DNA of 62,788 nucleotides from Candidatus Uhrbacteria bacterium (GTDB taxonomy: Bacteria; Patescibacteriota; Patescibacteriia; UBA9934; GWF2-40-263). Made by a program: the position numbers and the translations under genes. This document shows positions 9,728 to 19,873 of the stretch, piece after piece. Each line of letters opens with the position of its first letter. The first letter of the stretch is position 1. The notes beneath the pieces are model-generated. The model worked only from the letters and a program-made list of their open reading frames with translations. It had not been told where the DNA came from and made no database searches. The stretch covers positions 1 through 62,788 of the forward strand of contig JAHFIQ010000006.1 of assembly GCA_023246355.1 (NCBI GenBank), written 5' to 3'.

Positions 9728-9809
9728 TCCATAAAAACAGTTCTGGTGAGAATCAGAGCTGTTTTTGATTTGTTTACGACGTCATGATAGGGTCGATTCA
9801 GGAGTCACC

Positions 9810-10235
9810 ATGGACGCACTTCTTTCTCGAGATGGTCGGTGTCGGTTCGTGTGCAAAAGCGATCCGGCGGTGCAGGCGGTGATCAACGCTGTGTACGAGA
9901 GAAAACTCGGCGACGACGTCATCTACGCCTACATGGCCGAGACCTACCCGCTGCTTCGCGATGCGGAGAATTGGCGGAGGCTTTCCGGAACACGCAACGG
10001 CGTCTACGTGGCGCTCTTTCTCAACACCCTTCACGCCTGGGATGCCTGGGTTGTGGATGTGGCGCGTGAGCTTCCTGGGACCATGTTGTCGCCCGTGCAG
10101 CGTCTGTTCATCGCCTGGATCCAGGGTAGGCTTCCGGCGAAGTTCCACTCCCGCGCACCGGAGCTTGCCCAAGTCGCTGAGCTTCGTCTCATCGGGGGCT
10201 TCTCACAGGAGGCGCCGGAGGACGTTGCCAATTGA
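9810..10235 (+). CDS. Hypothetical protein (GC3-rich, SD-bearing; foreign-looking)
   Basis: AGGAG lies 6 nt upstream of the ATG at 9810. Third-position G/C bias is visible by eye. It has its own terminator at 10252-10280. Confidence 0.55.
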   Translation: MDALLSRDGRCRFVCKSDPAVQAVINAVYERKLGDDVIYAYMAETYPLLRDAENWRRLSGTRNGVYVALFLNTLHAWDAWVVDVARELPGTMLSPVQRLFIAWIQGRLPAKFHSRAPELAQVAELRLIGGFSQEAPEDVAN

Positions 10236-10251
10236 GAACAGCACTCGCGAT

Positions 10252-10280
10252 CGACCACTCACGGTGGTCGTTTTCTATTT
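10252..10280 (+). terminator. Intrinsic terminator
   Basis: CGACCAC-tcacg-GTGGTCG followed by TTTTCTATTTC. The same TTTTCTATTT tail is seen at the two RNA-locus terminators. Confidence 0.6.
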
Positions 10281-10284
10281 CTAA

Positions 10285-10348
10285 GTTGGGAGCCAGGCTC
10301 CCAACGTAGGCCGTAAAATCAGCTCGAGTTGGGAGCCTGGCTCCCAAC
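10285..10348. repeat. Two 21-nt perfect palindromes GTTGGGAGCC-N-GGCTCCCAAC upstream of uvrB
   Basis: Copies at 10285-10305 and 10328-10348 are identical except for the central base (A vs T). Confidence 0.8.
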
Positions 10349-10395
10349 TATGGAAACATTGTGCTATCCTGATCCTCGTGAAGACACTGATCCCA

Positions 10396-10421
10396 CCCCC
10401 TAGGACAACCGTTCTAGGGGG
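10396..10421. repeat. GC hairpin CCCCCTAG-N10-CTAGGGGG just upstream of the uvrB start
   Basis: 8-bp perfect stem, preceded by TCCCACCCCC, which also occurs in the rimK-like insert. Confidence 0.6.
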
Positions 10422-10434
10422 CGATTATGCATCT

Positions 10435-12468
10435 ATGGATTTTAAACTCCACTCTCCTTACCAACCTGCGGGCGACCAACCCAAGGCCATCGAGCAATTG
10501 ACGGCTGGTGTTTTGGCTGGTGAGACTCGGCAGACCTTGCTTGGTGTGACCGGGTCCGGGAAGACGTTTACGATGGCCAACGTCATCCAGAATGTCCAGC
10601 GACCCACGCTGGTGATCGCCCACAACAAAACCCTTGCCGCGCAGTTGTGCAACGAGTTTCGAGAATTTTTTCCCGAGAATGCGGTGGAGTATTTTGTGAG
10701 TTACTACGATTATTACCAACCCGAGGCGTACATGCCACGCACTGATACCTACATCGAGAAAGAAGCCATGATCAACGAAGAGATCGATCGGCTCCGCCAC
10801 GCAGCAACGCAATCCGTGCTCTCTCGTCGTGACGTGATCATTGTCGCGAGTGTGTCGTGTATTTATGCCCTGGGAAGTCCAGAGGAATATCAGAGAACAG
10901 TGCTGCATGTAGAAGGTGGACAAGGGAGACAAGGTGGATCAGGTGGTCAAGGACTCACTCGTAATGAATTGCTTCGCAGGCTCACCGATATGCAGTTTGA
11001 ACGAACAACGGCTGACTTGACCCGTGGACATTTTCGAGCGCGAGGCGACATTGTTGAGGTGATGCCCATGCAGGAGGAAGTCGTGTATCGACTTGTTTTT
11101 GACGATGAAAAAATCACGACCATCCAAGCTCTGGATCCGATCACACGCAAAATCAAAGAGACCGTGAACGATGTTTGGATTTTTCCAGCGAAGCACTACG
11201 TGGTCTCTCAACCGCGTCAGGCTCAAGCTCTGCGCGATATTCGTTTTGAACTCCAGCAACAACTCGATCAATTCGATACGGAAGGCAAGGTGCTTGAGGC
11301 GGAACGTCTGTCTCGTCGTACGCGGTTTGATCTTGAGATGATCCAGAACATCGGTTATTGCAACGGGATTGAAAATTACTCTCGCCACTTTGACGGCCGC
11401 GCGCCTGATGAACCGCCATTTACGCTCATGGATTATTTCCCAAAGGATTTTTTGATGATGATCGACGAAAGTCATGTGACGGTGTCTCAAGTCGGTGGCA
11501 TGTACAACGGTGATCGCGCTCGGAAAAACACCCTTGTGGAACACGGCTTTCGTTTGCCCAGTGCGAAAGATAACCGCCCGCTCCAGTTTTCTGAATTTGA
11601 ACAGCGGATGGGTCAGGTCATTTTTGTGAGTGCGACGCCTGGGAAGTACGAGCAGGAAAAATCAGGAAAGGTCGTGGAGCAGATCATCCGTCCAACAGGT
11701 CTTGTGGATCCTGAAATCACAGTCCGTGGAGTGACCTCTGACGGAGAGTATCCTGGCCAGGTTGAGGATTTGATCGCTGAAATCGTGAAGCGCGTTCCAA
11801 ACAAGGAACGCACACTTGTGACAACGCTGACCAAAAAAATGGCCGAAGACCTGACCGAGTTTTTGATCGAGAAAGGCATCAAGGTTCAGTATCTGCATTC
11901 AGATGTTCAGACGCTTGATCGCATCACGACACTCTCGGATCTGCGGCGTGGTGTGTATGACGTGATCGTTGGTGTGAACCTGCTTCGTGAAGGTCTGGAT
12001 TTGCCAGAAGTGACCCTCGTGGCCATTTTGGATGCGGACAAAGAAGGATTCCTCCGATCTGAAACATCAATCATCCAGACCATCGGCCGTGCGGCGCGCA
12101 ATGTGAAGGGCGAGGTGATTCTCTACGCGGACGAAATGACCGGCTCAGTGAAACGCGCGATCAAAGAAACAGAACGTCGTCGCAAAATCCAGCTTGCGTA
12201 CAATAAGGATCACAACATTACCCCACAGTCGATTGAAAAAGAGATCCATGACATTCGGGCGATGCTCAGGGGGGATCAGAAATCTACGGAAGCCATTTTG
12301 AAACTCGAGCTGACCGCTGAACCACATGAGATCGAGTTGGTCATCAAGGAAAAGACGTACGACATGAAAGAGGCCGCGAAGAAACTCGACTTCGAAACCG
12401 CAGCCATCCTGCGCGATGAGATTACCCTGCTTTCAAAAGAATTAAAAACGAAGAAAAAACACCTATGA
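10435..12468 (+). CDS. uvrB: Excinuclease ABC subunit B
   Basis: [10 protein letters not shown] Walker A, DESH box, and the C-terminal UVR motif [11 protein letters not shown]. The start is taken at [16 protein letters not shown]. Confidence 0.95.
   Translation: MDFKLHSPYQPAGDQPKAIEQLTAGVLAGETRQTLLGVTGSGKTFTMANVIQNVQRPTLVIAHNKTLAAQLCNEFREFFPENAVEYFVSYYDYYQPEAYMPRTDTYIEKEAMINEEIDRLRHAATQSVLSRRDVIIVASVSCIYALGSPEEYQRTVLHVEGGQGRQGGSGGQGLTRNELLRRLTDMQFERTTADLTRGHFRARGDIVEVMPMQEEVVYRLVFDDEKITTIQALDPITRKIKETVNDVWIFPAKHYVVSQPRQAQALRDIRFELQQQLDQFDTEGKVLEAERLSRRTRFDLEMIQNIGYCNGIENYSRHFDGRAPDEPPFTLMDYFPKDFLMMIDESHVTVSQVGGMYNGDRARKNTLVEHGFRLPSAKDNRPLQFSEFEQRMGQVIFVSATPGKYEQEKSGKVVEQIIRPTGLVDPEITVRGVTSDGEYPGQVEDLIAEIVKRVPNKERTLVTTLTKKMAEDLTEFLIEKGIKVQYLHSDVQTLDRITTLSDLRRGVYDVIVGVNLLREGLDLPEVTLVAILDADKEGFLRSETSIIQTIGRAARNVKGEVILYADEMTGSVKRAIKETERRRKIQLAYNKDHNITPQSIEKEIHDIRAMLRGDQKSTEAILKLELTAEPHEIELVIKEKTYDMKEAAKKLDFETAAILRDEITLLSKELKTKKKHL
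10913..10952 (-). repeat. TCCACCT-type element in antisense orientation inside uvrB (encodes [13 protein letters not shown])
   Basis: The + strand reads aaggtggacaagggagacaaggtggatcaggtggtcaagg. Its reverse complement carries three CCACCT units. Confidence 0.6.
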
Positions 12469-13037
12469 GTAGACAATCACAGTATCCCATCCAGCCATAT
12501 CTCTTGAATCGTTGGTCGCCACGAGCCATGAGTGGTGAGACGTTGACGCCAGATGAGTTGATGCCTCTGTTTGAAGCCGCGCGCTTCGCGCCGTCATCTT
12601 ATAACGCCCAGCCGTGGAGATTTCTCTACGCTCATCGCGAGACAGATTCTTGGCAACCTTTTTTTGATCTGCTCGTGCCGTTCAATCAGAGTTGGGCTCA
12701 CAAGGCGGCCGTGTTCATTGTCGTCGTTGCTAAAACGACCTTCGACCACAATAACAAACCCAGCGTGACACATGCGTTTGATGCCGGTGCCGCCTGGGAG
12801 AACCTCGCACTCGAGGCATCAGCTCGCGGTTTGGTTGCCCACGGCATGGAGGGATTTGATTATGGAGCGGCCAAGACCAAGCTCAACATCCCCGACGACC
12901 ACGTGGTGCTCGCCATGATCGCGATTGGGAAACCTGGTCGAAAAGAAGATTTGCCCGCAGAACTCCAGGAGCGCGAAGAACCCTCTGATCGTCGGCCACT
13001 GTCGGAGATCGTGATGGAGGGAGGATTCAAGGGCTAA
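12465..13037 (+). CDS. Nitroreductase family protein
   Basis: RWSPRAM...[18 protein letters not shown] is the typical nitroreductase N-terminus; 190 aa. Confidence 0.8.
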   Translation: MSRQSQYPIQPYLLNRWSPRAMSGETLTPDELMPLFEAARFAPSSYNAQPWRFLYAHRETDSWQPFFDLLVPFNQSWAHKAAVFIVVVAKTTFDHNNKPSVTHAFDAGAAWENLALEASARGLVAHGMEGFDYGAAKTKLNIPDDHVVLAMIAIGKPGRKEDLPAELQEREEPSDRRPLSEIVMEGGFKG

Positions 13038-13043
13038 GAGAGT

Positions 13044-15584
13044 ATGCAAGATAAAATCACCATCAAAGGAGCGCGCGAACACAACCTCAAGAATATTTCG
13101 CTTGAGTTGCCACGCAATAAACTCATCTGCTTCACCGGCGTGTCAGGGTCGGGGAAGTCGTCTTTGGCATTTGATACGATTTTTGCCGAAGGGCAGCGTC
13201 GGTATGTGGAATCGTTGTCAGCCTATGCACGGCAATTTTTGGGGCAGATGGAAAAGCCAGATGTGGACGAGATCGAAGGTCTGTCGCCTGCAATTTCGAT
13301 CGACCAGAAGGCCCATGGCAGCAACCCGCGTTCCACGGTCGCCACGATCACTGAGATTTACGATTATCTTCGCGTCTTGTTTGCACGTGTGGGAACGCCA
13401 CACTGTGTGACCTGTGGTGAGGCGATTCAGAAGTTGACCAATGAAGAGATGGTGGACTTGGTTCTGGAGAAGGCAACAGGAACAACGGGCTCGATCAAGA
13501 TTTTGGCGCCGGTCGTGCGCGGCAGAAAAGGTGAGTACTACCAGATGTTGTACGATCTCTATAATTCAGGATTTGCTCGTGTCCGCATCGACGGGAAAGA
13601 ATTTCGGCTCGATGAGCCGATTAAATTGGCGCGGTACAAACAGCACACGATTGAGATCGTTGTGGATACGATTGCGGTTGCGTCGTTTTCCACCACACCC
13701 AAGGACGCCCGTCAGCGCCTTGCCGATGCCCTGGAGATCGCGGTGGATCGCGGCAATGACGTTGTGACGATCATCTACCCCGACCAGAGTGAACAGCTGC
13801 TGTCTGCCAAGTTTAGCTGTCCCAAGGATGGATTTTCATTTCCTGAAATTGAGCCGCGGTTGTTTTCCTTCAACTCGCCCTACGGTGCATGTCCTCAGTG
13901 CACAGGTCTTGGAACCGCAGAATTATTCTCGGAAGAGTTGTGTGGCCTGTGTTCTGGGGCGCGGTTGAGAAAAGAGTCGTTGTTTGTGTGGCTTCCAAAT
14001 CAGACCTCCCCCAGCCCCTCCTTGGCAAGGAGGGGAGTATCCATCGTGGATATTACCAAGATGTCGATTGCCGAGGCGGTTGAGTATTTCAAAAAGTTAA
14101 AACTTACGGAGAAACAGACGCAGATCGCCCTGTCGATCCTGAAAGAAATTCAGAATCGTTTGCAGTTTATGTTGGACGTGGGTTTGCATTATCTTACGCT
14201 CGATCGTATGGCTGGGACGCTCTCAGGTGGGGAAGCGCAGCGCATTCGACTCGCTAGTCAGGTTGGCTCCAAACTCGTTGGCGCGATGTATGTTCTGGAT
14301 GAACCAACGATCGGACTTCATCAACGAGACAATGATCGGTTGATCGAGACGCTCGAAGATTTGCGCGACATCGGCAACACGGTGATCGTGGTGGAGCATG
14401 ACGAGGACACGATTCTCGCCAGCGATTACATGGTTGAAATCGGACCAGGGGCTGGTGTGAATGGGGGGCATGTCATCGCCGCTGGGGAGATGTCAAAAAT
14501 GATCGACGATAAAAAGTCTCTGACGGCTGCGTATCTTCGTGGCGATAAAAAGATTGAAGTGCCGACAGAACGCCGTGCTCCTGGCAAGGACGCGATCAAA
14601 ATCAAGGGCGCTTCGCAGAATAATCTGAAACACATCGACGTAGAAATTCCTCTGCGACGCTTCGTGTGCGTCACGGGTGTTTCAGGGTCAGGGAAATCCA
14701 CCCTTGCCTACGAGACCATGTACAAAGCCATCTCCAAAAAACTCTATGCAACGAAGCACACGCCAGGTGCGCATCAGGCCCTGCTGGGAGTCGAGTACTT
14801 GGATAAAGCGATTCTGATCGATCAAGGCGCAATCGGTCGAACGTCGCGATCAAACCCTGCGACCTACACAGGAGCCTGGGATCCGATTCGAGACATGTTT
14901 GCTTCCACGGCTGAAGCCCGATATCGCGGGTACAAAAAAGGCCGGTTCAGTTTTAATCGTCCTGGCGGACGTTGCGAAAATTGTGAGGGCCATGGACTCA
15001 TCGCCATCGAGATGCATTTTTTGCCAACCGTGTATGTCACCTGTGATATTTGTAAAGGACGACGATTTGATCGCGAGACCCTGGAAATTACTTACAAAGA
15101 GAAAACTATTTTTCAGGTGCTGGAGATGGAGGTCGAAGAAGCGGCGACGTTTTTTAAGGACGTGCCTGCGGTGTCAGACAAACTTGAGACACTCAAACGG
15201 GTGGGGCTTGGCTATGTGAAGCTTGGTCAGCCAGCGCCCACGCTCTCGGGTGGTGAAGCACAGAGGGTGAAATTATCGACCGAGCTTGCCAAGCGGCAAA
15301 CAGGGAAGACGTTGTATCTTCTGGACGAGCCAACAACAGGGCTGCATTTTGAGGACGTAAAAAAACTCCTCGAGGTTCTCCATGAGCTTGTAAGCAAAGG
15401 CAACTCCGTGATCGTGATCGAGCACAACCTGGACGTGATCAAGACGGCTGATTGGATTATTGATCTCGGTCCAGAGGGTGGCGACCTTGGTGGGGAAGTC
15501 GTGATCGCGGGGACGCCAGAGGATGTCGCACGACATGCAAAGAGCTATACCGGACAGTATCTGAAACGGGTGTTAAAAAAATGA
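13044..15584 (+). CDS. uvrA: Excinuclease ABC subunit A
   Basis: Two ABC modules (GVSGSGKSS twice, LSGGEAQR twice) and zinc-finger Cys pairs. Confidence 0.97.
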   Translation: MQDKITIKGAREHNLKNISLELPRNKLICFTGVSGSGKSSLAFDTIFAEGQRRYVESLSAYARQFLGQMEKPDVDEIEGLSPAISIDQKAHGSNPRSTVATITEIYDYLRVLFARVGTPHCVTCGEAIQKLTNEEMVDLVLEKATGTTGSIKILAPVVRGRKGEYYQMLYDLYNSGFARVRIDGKEFRLDEPIKLARYKQHTIEIVVDTIAVASFSTTPKDARQRLADALEIAVDRGNDVVTIIYPDQSEQLLSAKFSCPKDGFSFPEIEPRLFSFNSPYGACPQCTGLGTAELFSEELCGLCSGARLRKESLFVWLPNQTSPSPSLARRGVSIVDITKMSIAEAVEYFKKLKLTEKQTQIALSILKEIQNRLQFMLDVGLHYLTLDRMAGTLSGGEAQRIRLASQVGSKLVGAMYVLDEPTIGLHQRDNDRLIETLEDLRDIGNTVIVVEHDEDTILASDYMVEIGPGAGVNGGHVIAAGEMSKMIDDKKSLTAAYLRGDKKIEVPTERRAPGKDAIKIKGASQNNLKHIDVEIPLRRFVCVTGVSGSGKSTLAYETMYKAISKKLYATKHTPGAHQALLGVEYLDKAILIDQGAIGRTSRSNPATYTGAWDPIRDMFASTAEARYRGYKKGRFSFNRPGGRCENCEGHGLIAIEMHFLPTVYVTCDICKGRRFDRETLEITYKEKTIFQVLEMEVEEAATFFKDVPAVSDKLETLKRVGLGYVKLGQPAPTLSGGEAQRVKLSTELAKRQTGKTLYLLDEPTTGLHFEDVKKLLEVLHELVSKGNSVIVIEHNLDVIKTADWIIDLGPEGGDLGGEVVIAGTPEDVARHAKSYTGQYLKRVLKK
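14007..14039 (+). repeat. G/C-palindromic mini-insert, in frame in uvrA (encodes [11 protein letters not shown])
   Basis: tcccccagCCCCTCCTTGgCAAGGAGGGGagta: 10-nt inverted arms at 14015-14035 that share the CCTTGGCAAGG core with the copA copy. Confidence 0.7.
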
Positions 15585-15593
15585 GCCGACCGT

Positions 15594-15738
15594 CCAGCTA
15601 CCTGACTTGTTTTCAGACACGCCTGGCCCGCTCCAGCGGCGGGCTGGCGGCTCGTGCTCTCGGCGATCCACCACTCGCAGAGCTCGTGGACCGAGCTGGA
15701 TCGCCTCGAGACGGTCTTCAAACAAGTCAGGTAGCTGG
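15594..15738. repeat. Long inverted-repeat element (19-bp perfect arms, 107-nt GC-rich interior)
   Basis: CCAGCTACCTGACTTGTTT at 15594-15612 pairs with AAACAAGTCAGGTAGCTGG at 15720-15738. Confidence 0.75.
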
Positions 15739-15752
15739 CGATCGGTAGAATC

Positions 15753-15777
15753 AAAAAACGGGCCGAGCCCGTTTTCG
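15753..15777. terminator. Bidirectional intrinsic terminator between convergent uvrA and the cupredoxin gene
   Basis: aaaaaACGGGCcgaGCCCGTtttc. Confidence 0.65.
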
Positions 15778-15782
15778 ATGTC

Positions 15783-16319
15783 TTATTTAACGATCAGAGT
15801 TCCTTCCATCCCAAACGCTCGATGTGATCCAATGTCGCAGTAGAAGGGATAGGATCCAGGTTCGCTCGGAGCCGTGAAGTTCAGCACCTCACCTTCAGCG
15901 ACCGTGAAGTCCAAATCGATTTCGTCAATGACGAACGTGTGGAAACCTTCATTCTTGGTAAAGGTGATGCTGATCAGATCTCCAGGAGCCGCGTTGATGA
16001 CATTTGGCGTGAAGAAGAAGTTACCTGCTTCCATGCTGATTTCAACGTCTGCCTGTTCGCCCAAGGTGATTTCTGTGACCGGGACGCCATCTTCGTTGAC
16101 CGTGGCACCGGTATCGACATCCTCAAATACTACGTCTGCATCAACAGGCTTAGCGTTTGGATCCGTTTCTTGATCGACTTCTGTTGGTTCGCCAACGTCT
16201 TGTCCGACGACCAGCTGTGTATCTGCATTTGCCTCAGCAGATGTTTGTGAATCAGTTTGTGCAGCGCATCCGGCTCCAACCAGAGCAAGGACGGCCAAGA
16301 GTGAAAGGATATTTTTCAT
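15783..16319 (-). CDS. Cupredoxin (plastocyanin/azurin-like) lipoprotein
   Basis: Lipobox LVGAGCA. Type-1 copper ligand pattern GFHTF ... YCDIGSHRAFGMEG. Confidence 0.75.
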   Translation of the reverse strand: MKNILSLLAVLALVGAGCAAQTDSQTSAEANADTQLVVGQDVGEPTEVDQETDPNAKPVDADVVFEDVDTGATVNEDGVPVTEITLGEQADVEISMEAGNFFFTPNVINAAPGDLISITFTKNEGFHTFVIDEIDLDFTVAEGEVLNFTAPSEPGSYPFYCDIGSHRAFGMEGTLIVK

Positions 16320-16378
16320 AGTGCCTGAAGAGTAACAGGTTTTTTCGCCGTTGGCAAGGGTGTGATAGGATTTTGGCT

Positions 16379-17677
16379 ATGATTCCTCCAGAAATCAAGG
16401 TGAAGAATGACGAACTGCCGGATGCGCCCGGCGTGTATTTTTATTACGATCAAAAGGATCATCTTTTGTATATTGGAAAGGCGACGTCTCTCAAACGTCG
16501 TGTGGGTTCGTATTTCGTGAAAGCACACACAGACAGAATCGGGGAGATGGTTTCACAGATTCACAGAATCGATTATCACGAAACACCCACCGTGATCGAA
16601 GCGCTCATCTTGGAGGCAAACGAGATTCACGCACGTCGTCCGAAGTACAATATCTTGGGTCGTGATGACAAAACGTTTTTGTATCTGGTGATCACGGACG
16701 AGCCTTACCCGCGACCACAATTGATTCGGGGACATGAACTTAAAGTCAGGAAGAATTATTTGCGAGTCTTTGGTCCGTACACGAGCAGTCGTTCTTTGAA
16801 GATGGCCTTGGAGATGATCCGTCGGGGTATTCCGTGGTCGACCTGTCTGCCAGGACAGCGCCGTCCGTGTTTTGATGCGCAGATCGGCAAATGTCCTGGG
16901 GTGTGCACAGGCAGGATCAGCAAACCAGAGTATCGACGCGTGATTCGGCAGTTGATTCTGTTCTTTGAAGGGAAGAAAGCGAAGCTTGAGCGGGAGCTCA
17001 AAAAAGAGATGGTGCTCGCAGCGAAGAACCTTCAGTTTGAAAAAGCGGCGTTGCTGCGTCGACGATTATTCGCACTTGAGCATATCCAAGACATTGCGCT
17101 CATCTCGCGTGAGGATCACGAACTGCCATTTACAAAAAAAGATTCCGATGGAGCCATCGATCTGATGGGACGCATCGAAGCGTATGACATCAGCAATATT
17201 TCAGGGACCTCAGCAACCGGATCCATGGTGGTGTTTATAGAAGGGAAGCCGGCGAAACAGTTGTATCGCAAGTTCAAGATCAAGACTGTGAAGGGTGCAA
17301 ACGATGTCGCGTGTTTGGAAGAAGTGATCAGGAGAAGGCTGAAGAGGGGTTTCCCCCCTGCCAGAGGGGGGACACAGGGGGGAGGGAGTAAAGAGCGAGG
17401 ATGGGAATTACCGGAGGTCATGGTCATCGACGGAGGAGAGCCGCAGGTCAATCGGGTGCAGGAGATTTTGGATGAGCTGGGTGTGGAGGTGCCGATCATT
17501 GGCATTGCCAAAGGGTTTGATCGCAAGCAGGATCGCCTTGTCTTCGATCAGGAGAATCGAGATTTGCAGCGCGTTGTCACTCGTGGGAAAGAACTATTCC
17601 AGCGCGCCCGCGACGAAGCGCATCGGTTTGCGGTAAAATACCATCGAGTCTTAAGAGGGAAGTCAATGAAACTATGA
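16379..17677 (+). CDS. uvrC: Excinuclease ABC subunit C, short form without a C-terminal (HhH)2 domain
   Basis: GIY-YIG motif (GVYFYYD...LYIGKA), UVR motif FEKAALLRRRLFALEHI, endonuclease-domain ending DEAHRFAVKYHR. Only 432 aa. Confidence 0.9.
   Translation: MIPPEIKVKNDELPDAPGVYFYYDQKDHLLYIGKATSLKRRVGSYFVKAHTDRIGEMVSQIHRIDYHETPTVIEALILEANEIHARRPKYNILGRDDKTFLYLVITDEPYPRPQLIRGHELKVRKNYLRVFGPYTSSRSLKMALEMIRRGIPWSTCLPGQRRPCFDAQIGKCPGVCTGRISKPEYRRVIRQLILFFEGKKAKLERELKKEMVLAAKNLQFEKAALLRRRLFALEHIQDIALISREDHELPFTKKDSDGAIDLMGRIEAYDISNISGTSATGSMVVFIEGKPAKQLYRKFKIKTVKGANDVACLEEVIRRRLKRGFPPARGGTQGGGSKERGWELPEVMVIDGGEPQVNRVQEILDELGVEVPIIGIAKGFDRKQDRLVFDQENRDLQRVVTRGKELFQRARDEAHRFAVKYHRVLRGKSMKL
17351..17386 (+). 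repeat. G/C-palindromic mini-insert, in frame in uvrC (encodes FPPARGGTQGGG)
   Basis: ttCCCCCCTgccagAGGGGGGacacaGGGGGGaggg has the same architecture as the copA copy. Confidence 0.75.
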
Positions 17678-18258
17678 GAACTATTTATTTTGTCACTTCT
17701 AACACAGGCAAGGTCGCCAACGCCCAGGCCGCGCTTAAGCCGTTTGGTATTTCTGTGAAGCAGTTGAAGGTCGATCTTGTGGAGAGCCGTTCAGAAGATC
17801 CAGCTGAGATCGCTTTGGAAAAAGCCCAACAGGCGTACAAGAAATTTCGCAAGCCCTGCCTGGTGGAAGATTCTGGATTCTTCATCGAGGCTCTTGGCGG
17901 GTTCCCGATGACGCATATCAAGTTTTCGCTGAGGACGCTCGGGATCGACGGGATCCTTCGAGCTCTTCGAGGAGCCACGTCTCGAAGATGTGAATGGCGG
18001 ATGACCGTCGCCTACGTTTACGGTGCGGGCAAACACAAGTCGTTTACGTTCGTTGAGAAAGGCGTGATCGCCAACAGACCACGACCAGTGAAGCGACCCA
18101 TGATGTCAGATTACTGGCGGCTCTATGTTCCCAAGATGCTCGACTCGAAGAATACCAAGGCGCTTTCAGAGATGACGGACAAACAGATGGAGGAGTGGCT
18201 GAATTATTTTTCTGCTCACAACCAGTTCTTGCAATTAGGGGAGTGGTTATTGTCTTAG
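17674..18258 (+). CDS. Non-canonical purine NTP pyrophosphatase (HAM1/RdgB family)
   Basis: IYFVTSNTGKV ... VEDSGFFIEALGGFPM. Confidence 0.7.
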   Translation: MRTIYFVTSNTGKVANAQAALKPFGISVKQLKVDLVESRSEDPAEIALEKAQQAYKKFRKPCLVEDSGFFIEALGGFPMTHIKFSLRTLGIDGILRALRGATSRRCEWRMTVAYVYGAGKHKSFTFVEKGVIANRPRPVKRPMMSDYWRLYVPKMLDSKNTKALSEMTDKQMEEWLNYFSAHNQFLQLGEWLLS

Positions 18259-18337
18259 TTATCCACACATTTTGGCGACGTTAAAAGAATGGCCTGTTTT
18301 GCAGGCTTTTTTGGTTGTGAAAAGTGGAGAGAACTGT

Positions 18338-18366
18338 TTGACCAGTGTCAGAGAGTGGTTTAGAAT
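18338..18366 (+). promoter_or_regulatory. Putative sigma-70 promoter of the mraZ operon
   Basis: TTGACC-N17-TAGAAT, followed by GTGG-type direct repeats (ggtgatagGTGGAgacaaGTGGGg) that could be MraZ boxes. Confidence 0.45.
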
Positions 18367-18459
18367 GGTGATAGGTGGAGACAAGTGGGGATCGATCGAG
18401 CATGTCTCGATTGATGCTCACTTTTATTTAAGTCCCATCTGATAACGGCTCGGCAAGTT

Positions 18460-18891
18460 ATGTTTATAGGCGAGTATAAACATGCCATCGATGAAAAAGG
18501 ACGTCTTGCGATTCCAGTCAAGTTTCGCAAGAGCCTTGCCAAGGGAGCCGTGGTTACGAGGGGACTCGACACGTCGCTGTTCCTGTTCCCCAAGGAGGAG
18601 TGGGGCAAGCTCGCAGAAAAGTTAGCTAGTTTGCCCCTGGGGCAATCCAATAGCCGCGCCTTCGCCCGTCTCATGCTTGCGGGTGCCATGGACGTGGACA
18701 TGGATAAACAGGGACGCGTCGTGTTGCCGGAATATCTTCGGGCTTACGCAAGCCTTGAAAAAACCACCGTCGTGGCCGGTCTCTACAATCGCGTGGAGAT
18801 TTGGAATGAGGCGCGATGGGATGCGTATAAGAAAAAAGTTGAGAGCGATGCAGACGCGGTCGCAGAAAAACTCGGAGAGCTTGGTGTGTAG
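18460..18891 (+). CDS. mraZ: Transcriptional regulator MraZ
   Basis: MFIGEYKHAIDEKGRLAIPVKFR, with a second SpoVT/AbrB-like repeat DKQGRVVLP. Confidence 0.9.
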   Translation: MFIGEYKHAIDEKGRLAIPVKFRKSLAKGAVVTRGLDTSLFLFPKEEWGKLAEKLASLPLGQSNSRAFARLMLAGAMDVDMDKQGRVVLPEYLRAYASLEKTTVVAGLYNRVEIWNEARWDAYKKKVESDADAVAEKLGELGV

Positions 18892-18986
18892 TTTGAGTGC
18901 CAGGCTTGGAGTGTGTCTCGTGGTTAATGAACCTTTCCACGAGAAGCACTTCAATCCCGGCATCCTAACAGGGGGCAGAATTTTTT

Positions 18987-19850
18987 ATGCACCAACCTGT
19001 TCTCCTGACCGAGGTCGTAGAACACCTCAAGCCGGAGCCGAACCATCTTTTGATAGACGGCACAGTGGGGCTGGGAGGGCACGCACAAGTCTTACTTGCG
19101 CGCGTCCTTCCTGGCGGCCGTCTGCTGGGCATCGATCGTGATGCCAACAATCTGGCGAGTGCGCGAGAGCGTCTCTCTGGATTTGGGAATAGCACCGTGT
19201 TGGTTCGCGGGAGTTATTCCGAGGTAAAGACCCTTGCCTATGCTCATGGATTTACTCATGTCAATGCGATCCTCTTGGATCTCGGGTTCTCGTCTGTTCA
19301 TGTCGATGATCCGAGTCGCGGTTTCTCGTTTGCACACGAGGGTCCATTAGACATGCGCTATGACCAGTCACAAGCGCTCACCGCCGGGGTGATCGTGAAT
19401 GAGTGGTCGCAGGATGAGCTTGCACGGATATTTCGCCAGCTTGGTGAAGAACCGAAAGCGGCGCGTGCTGCAGAGGCGATCGTCACGTGTCGAAGAGACG
19501 CGCGGATCGAAACGACTCTGCAACTTGCCCAGTGTCTTGAGCTTGTGCTTCCTCGAATGGGGAAGACCCATGGCGCGACCCGTGTCTTCCAAGCACTCAG
19601 GATCGCGGTGAACGACGAATTGGGAGAGCTTGAAAGAGCGCTTCCGGATCTCGTTGACCTGCTCGTGCCTGGCGGAAGAATTGCCATCATCAGTTTCCAT
19701 TCTCTGGAAGATCGACTGGTGAAACAGTTCCTCAAGTCGCGCTCGGATCTGCATCTGGTGAACAAGCACGTGATCACTCCTTCCCAAGAGGAGGTGAGAA
19801 AGAACCCTCGCGCTCGCAGTGCCAAACTGCGGGTTGCTGAGAAAATTTAA
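18987..19850 (+). CDS. rsmH: 16S rRNA (cytosine1402-N4)-methyltransferase
   Basis: HQPVLL ... DGTVGLGGH ... DLGFSS ... ISFHSLEDR. Confidence 0.92.
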   Translation: MHQPVLLTEVVEHLKPEPNHLLIDGTVGLGGHAQVLLARVLPGGRLLGIDRDANNLASARERLSGFGNSTVLVRGSYSEVKTLAYAHGFTHVNAILLDLGFSSVHVDDPSRGFSFAHEGPLDMRYDQSQALTAGVIVNEWSQDELARIFRQLGEEPKAARAAEAIVTCRRDARIETTLQLAQCLELVLPRMGKTHGATRVFQALRIAVNDELGELERALPDLVDLLVPGGRIAIISFHSLEDRLVKQFLKSRSDLHLVNKHVITPSQEEVRKNPRARSAKLRVAEKI

Positions 19851-19873
19851 TGTGAGACATCCCCACTGTCGAT

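Noticed and set aside
15594-15738. Integron attC sites as an explanation for the long inverted repeats next to single foreign-looking genes
   Set aside because: There are no RYYYAAC/GTTRRRY core pairs at the repeat ends and no intI-like gene. The elements are scattered rather than arrayed.
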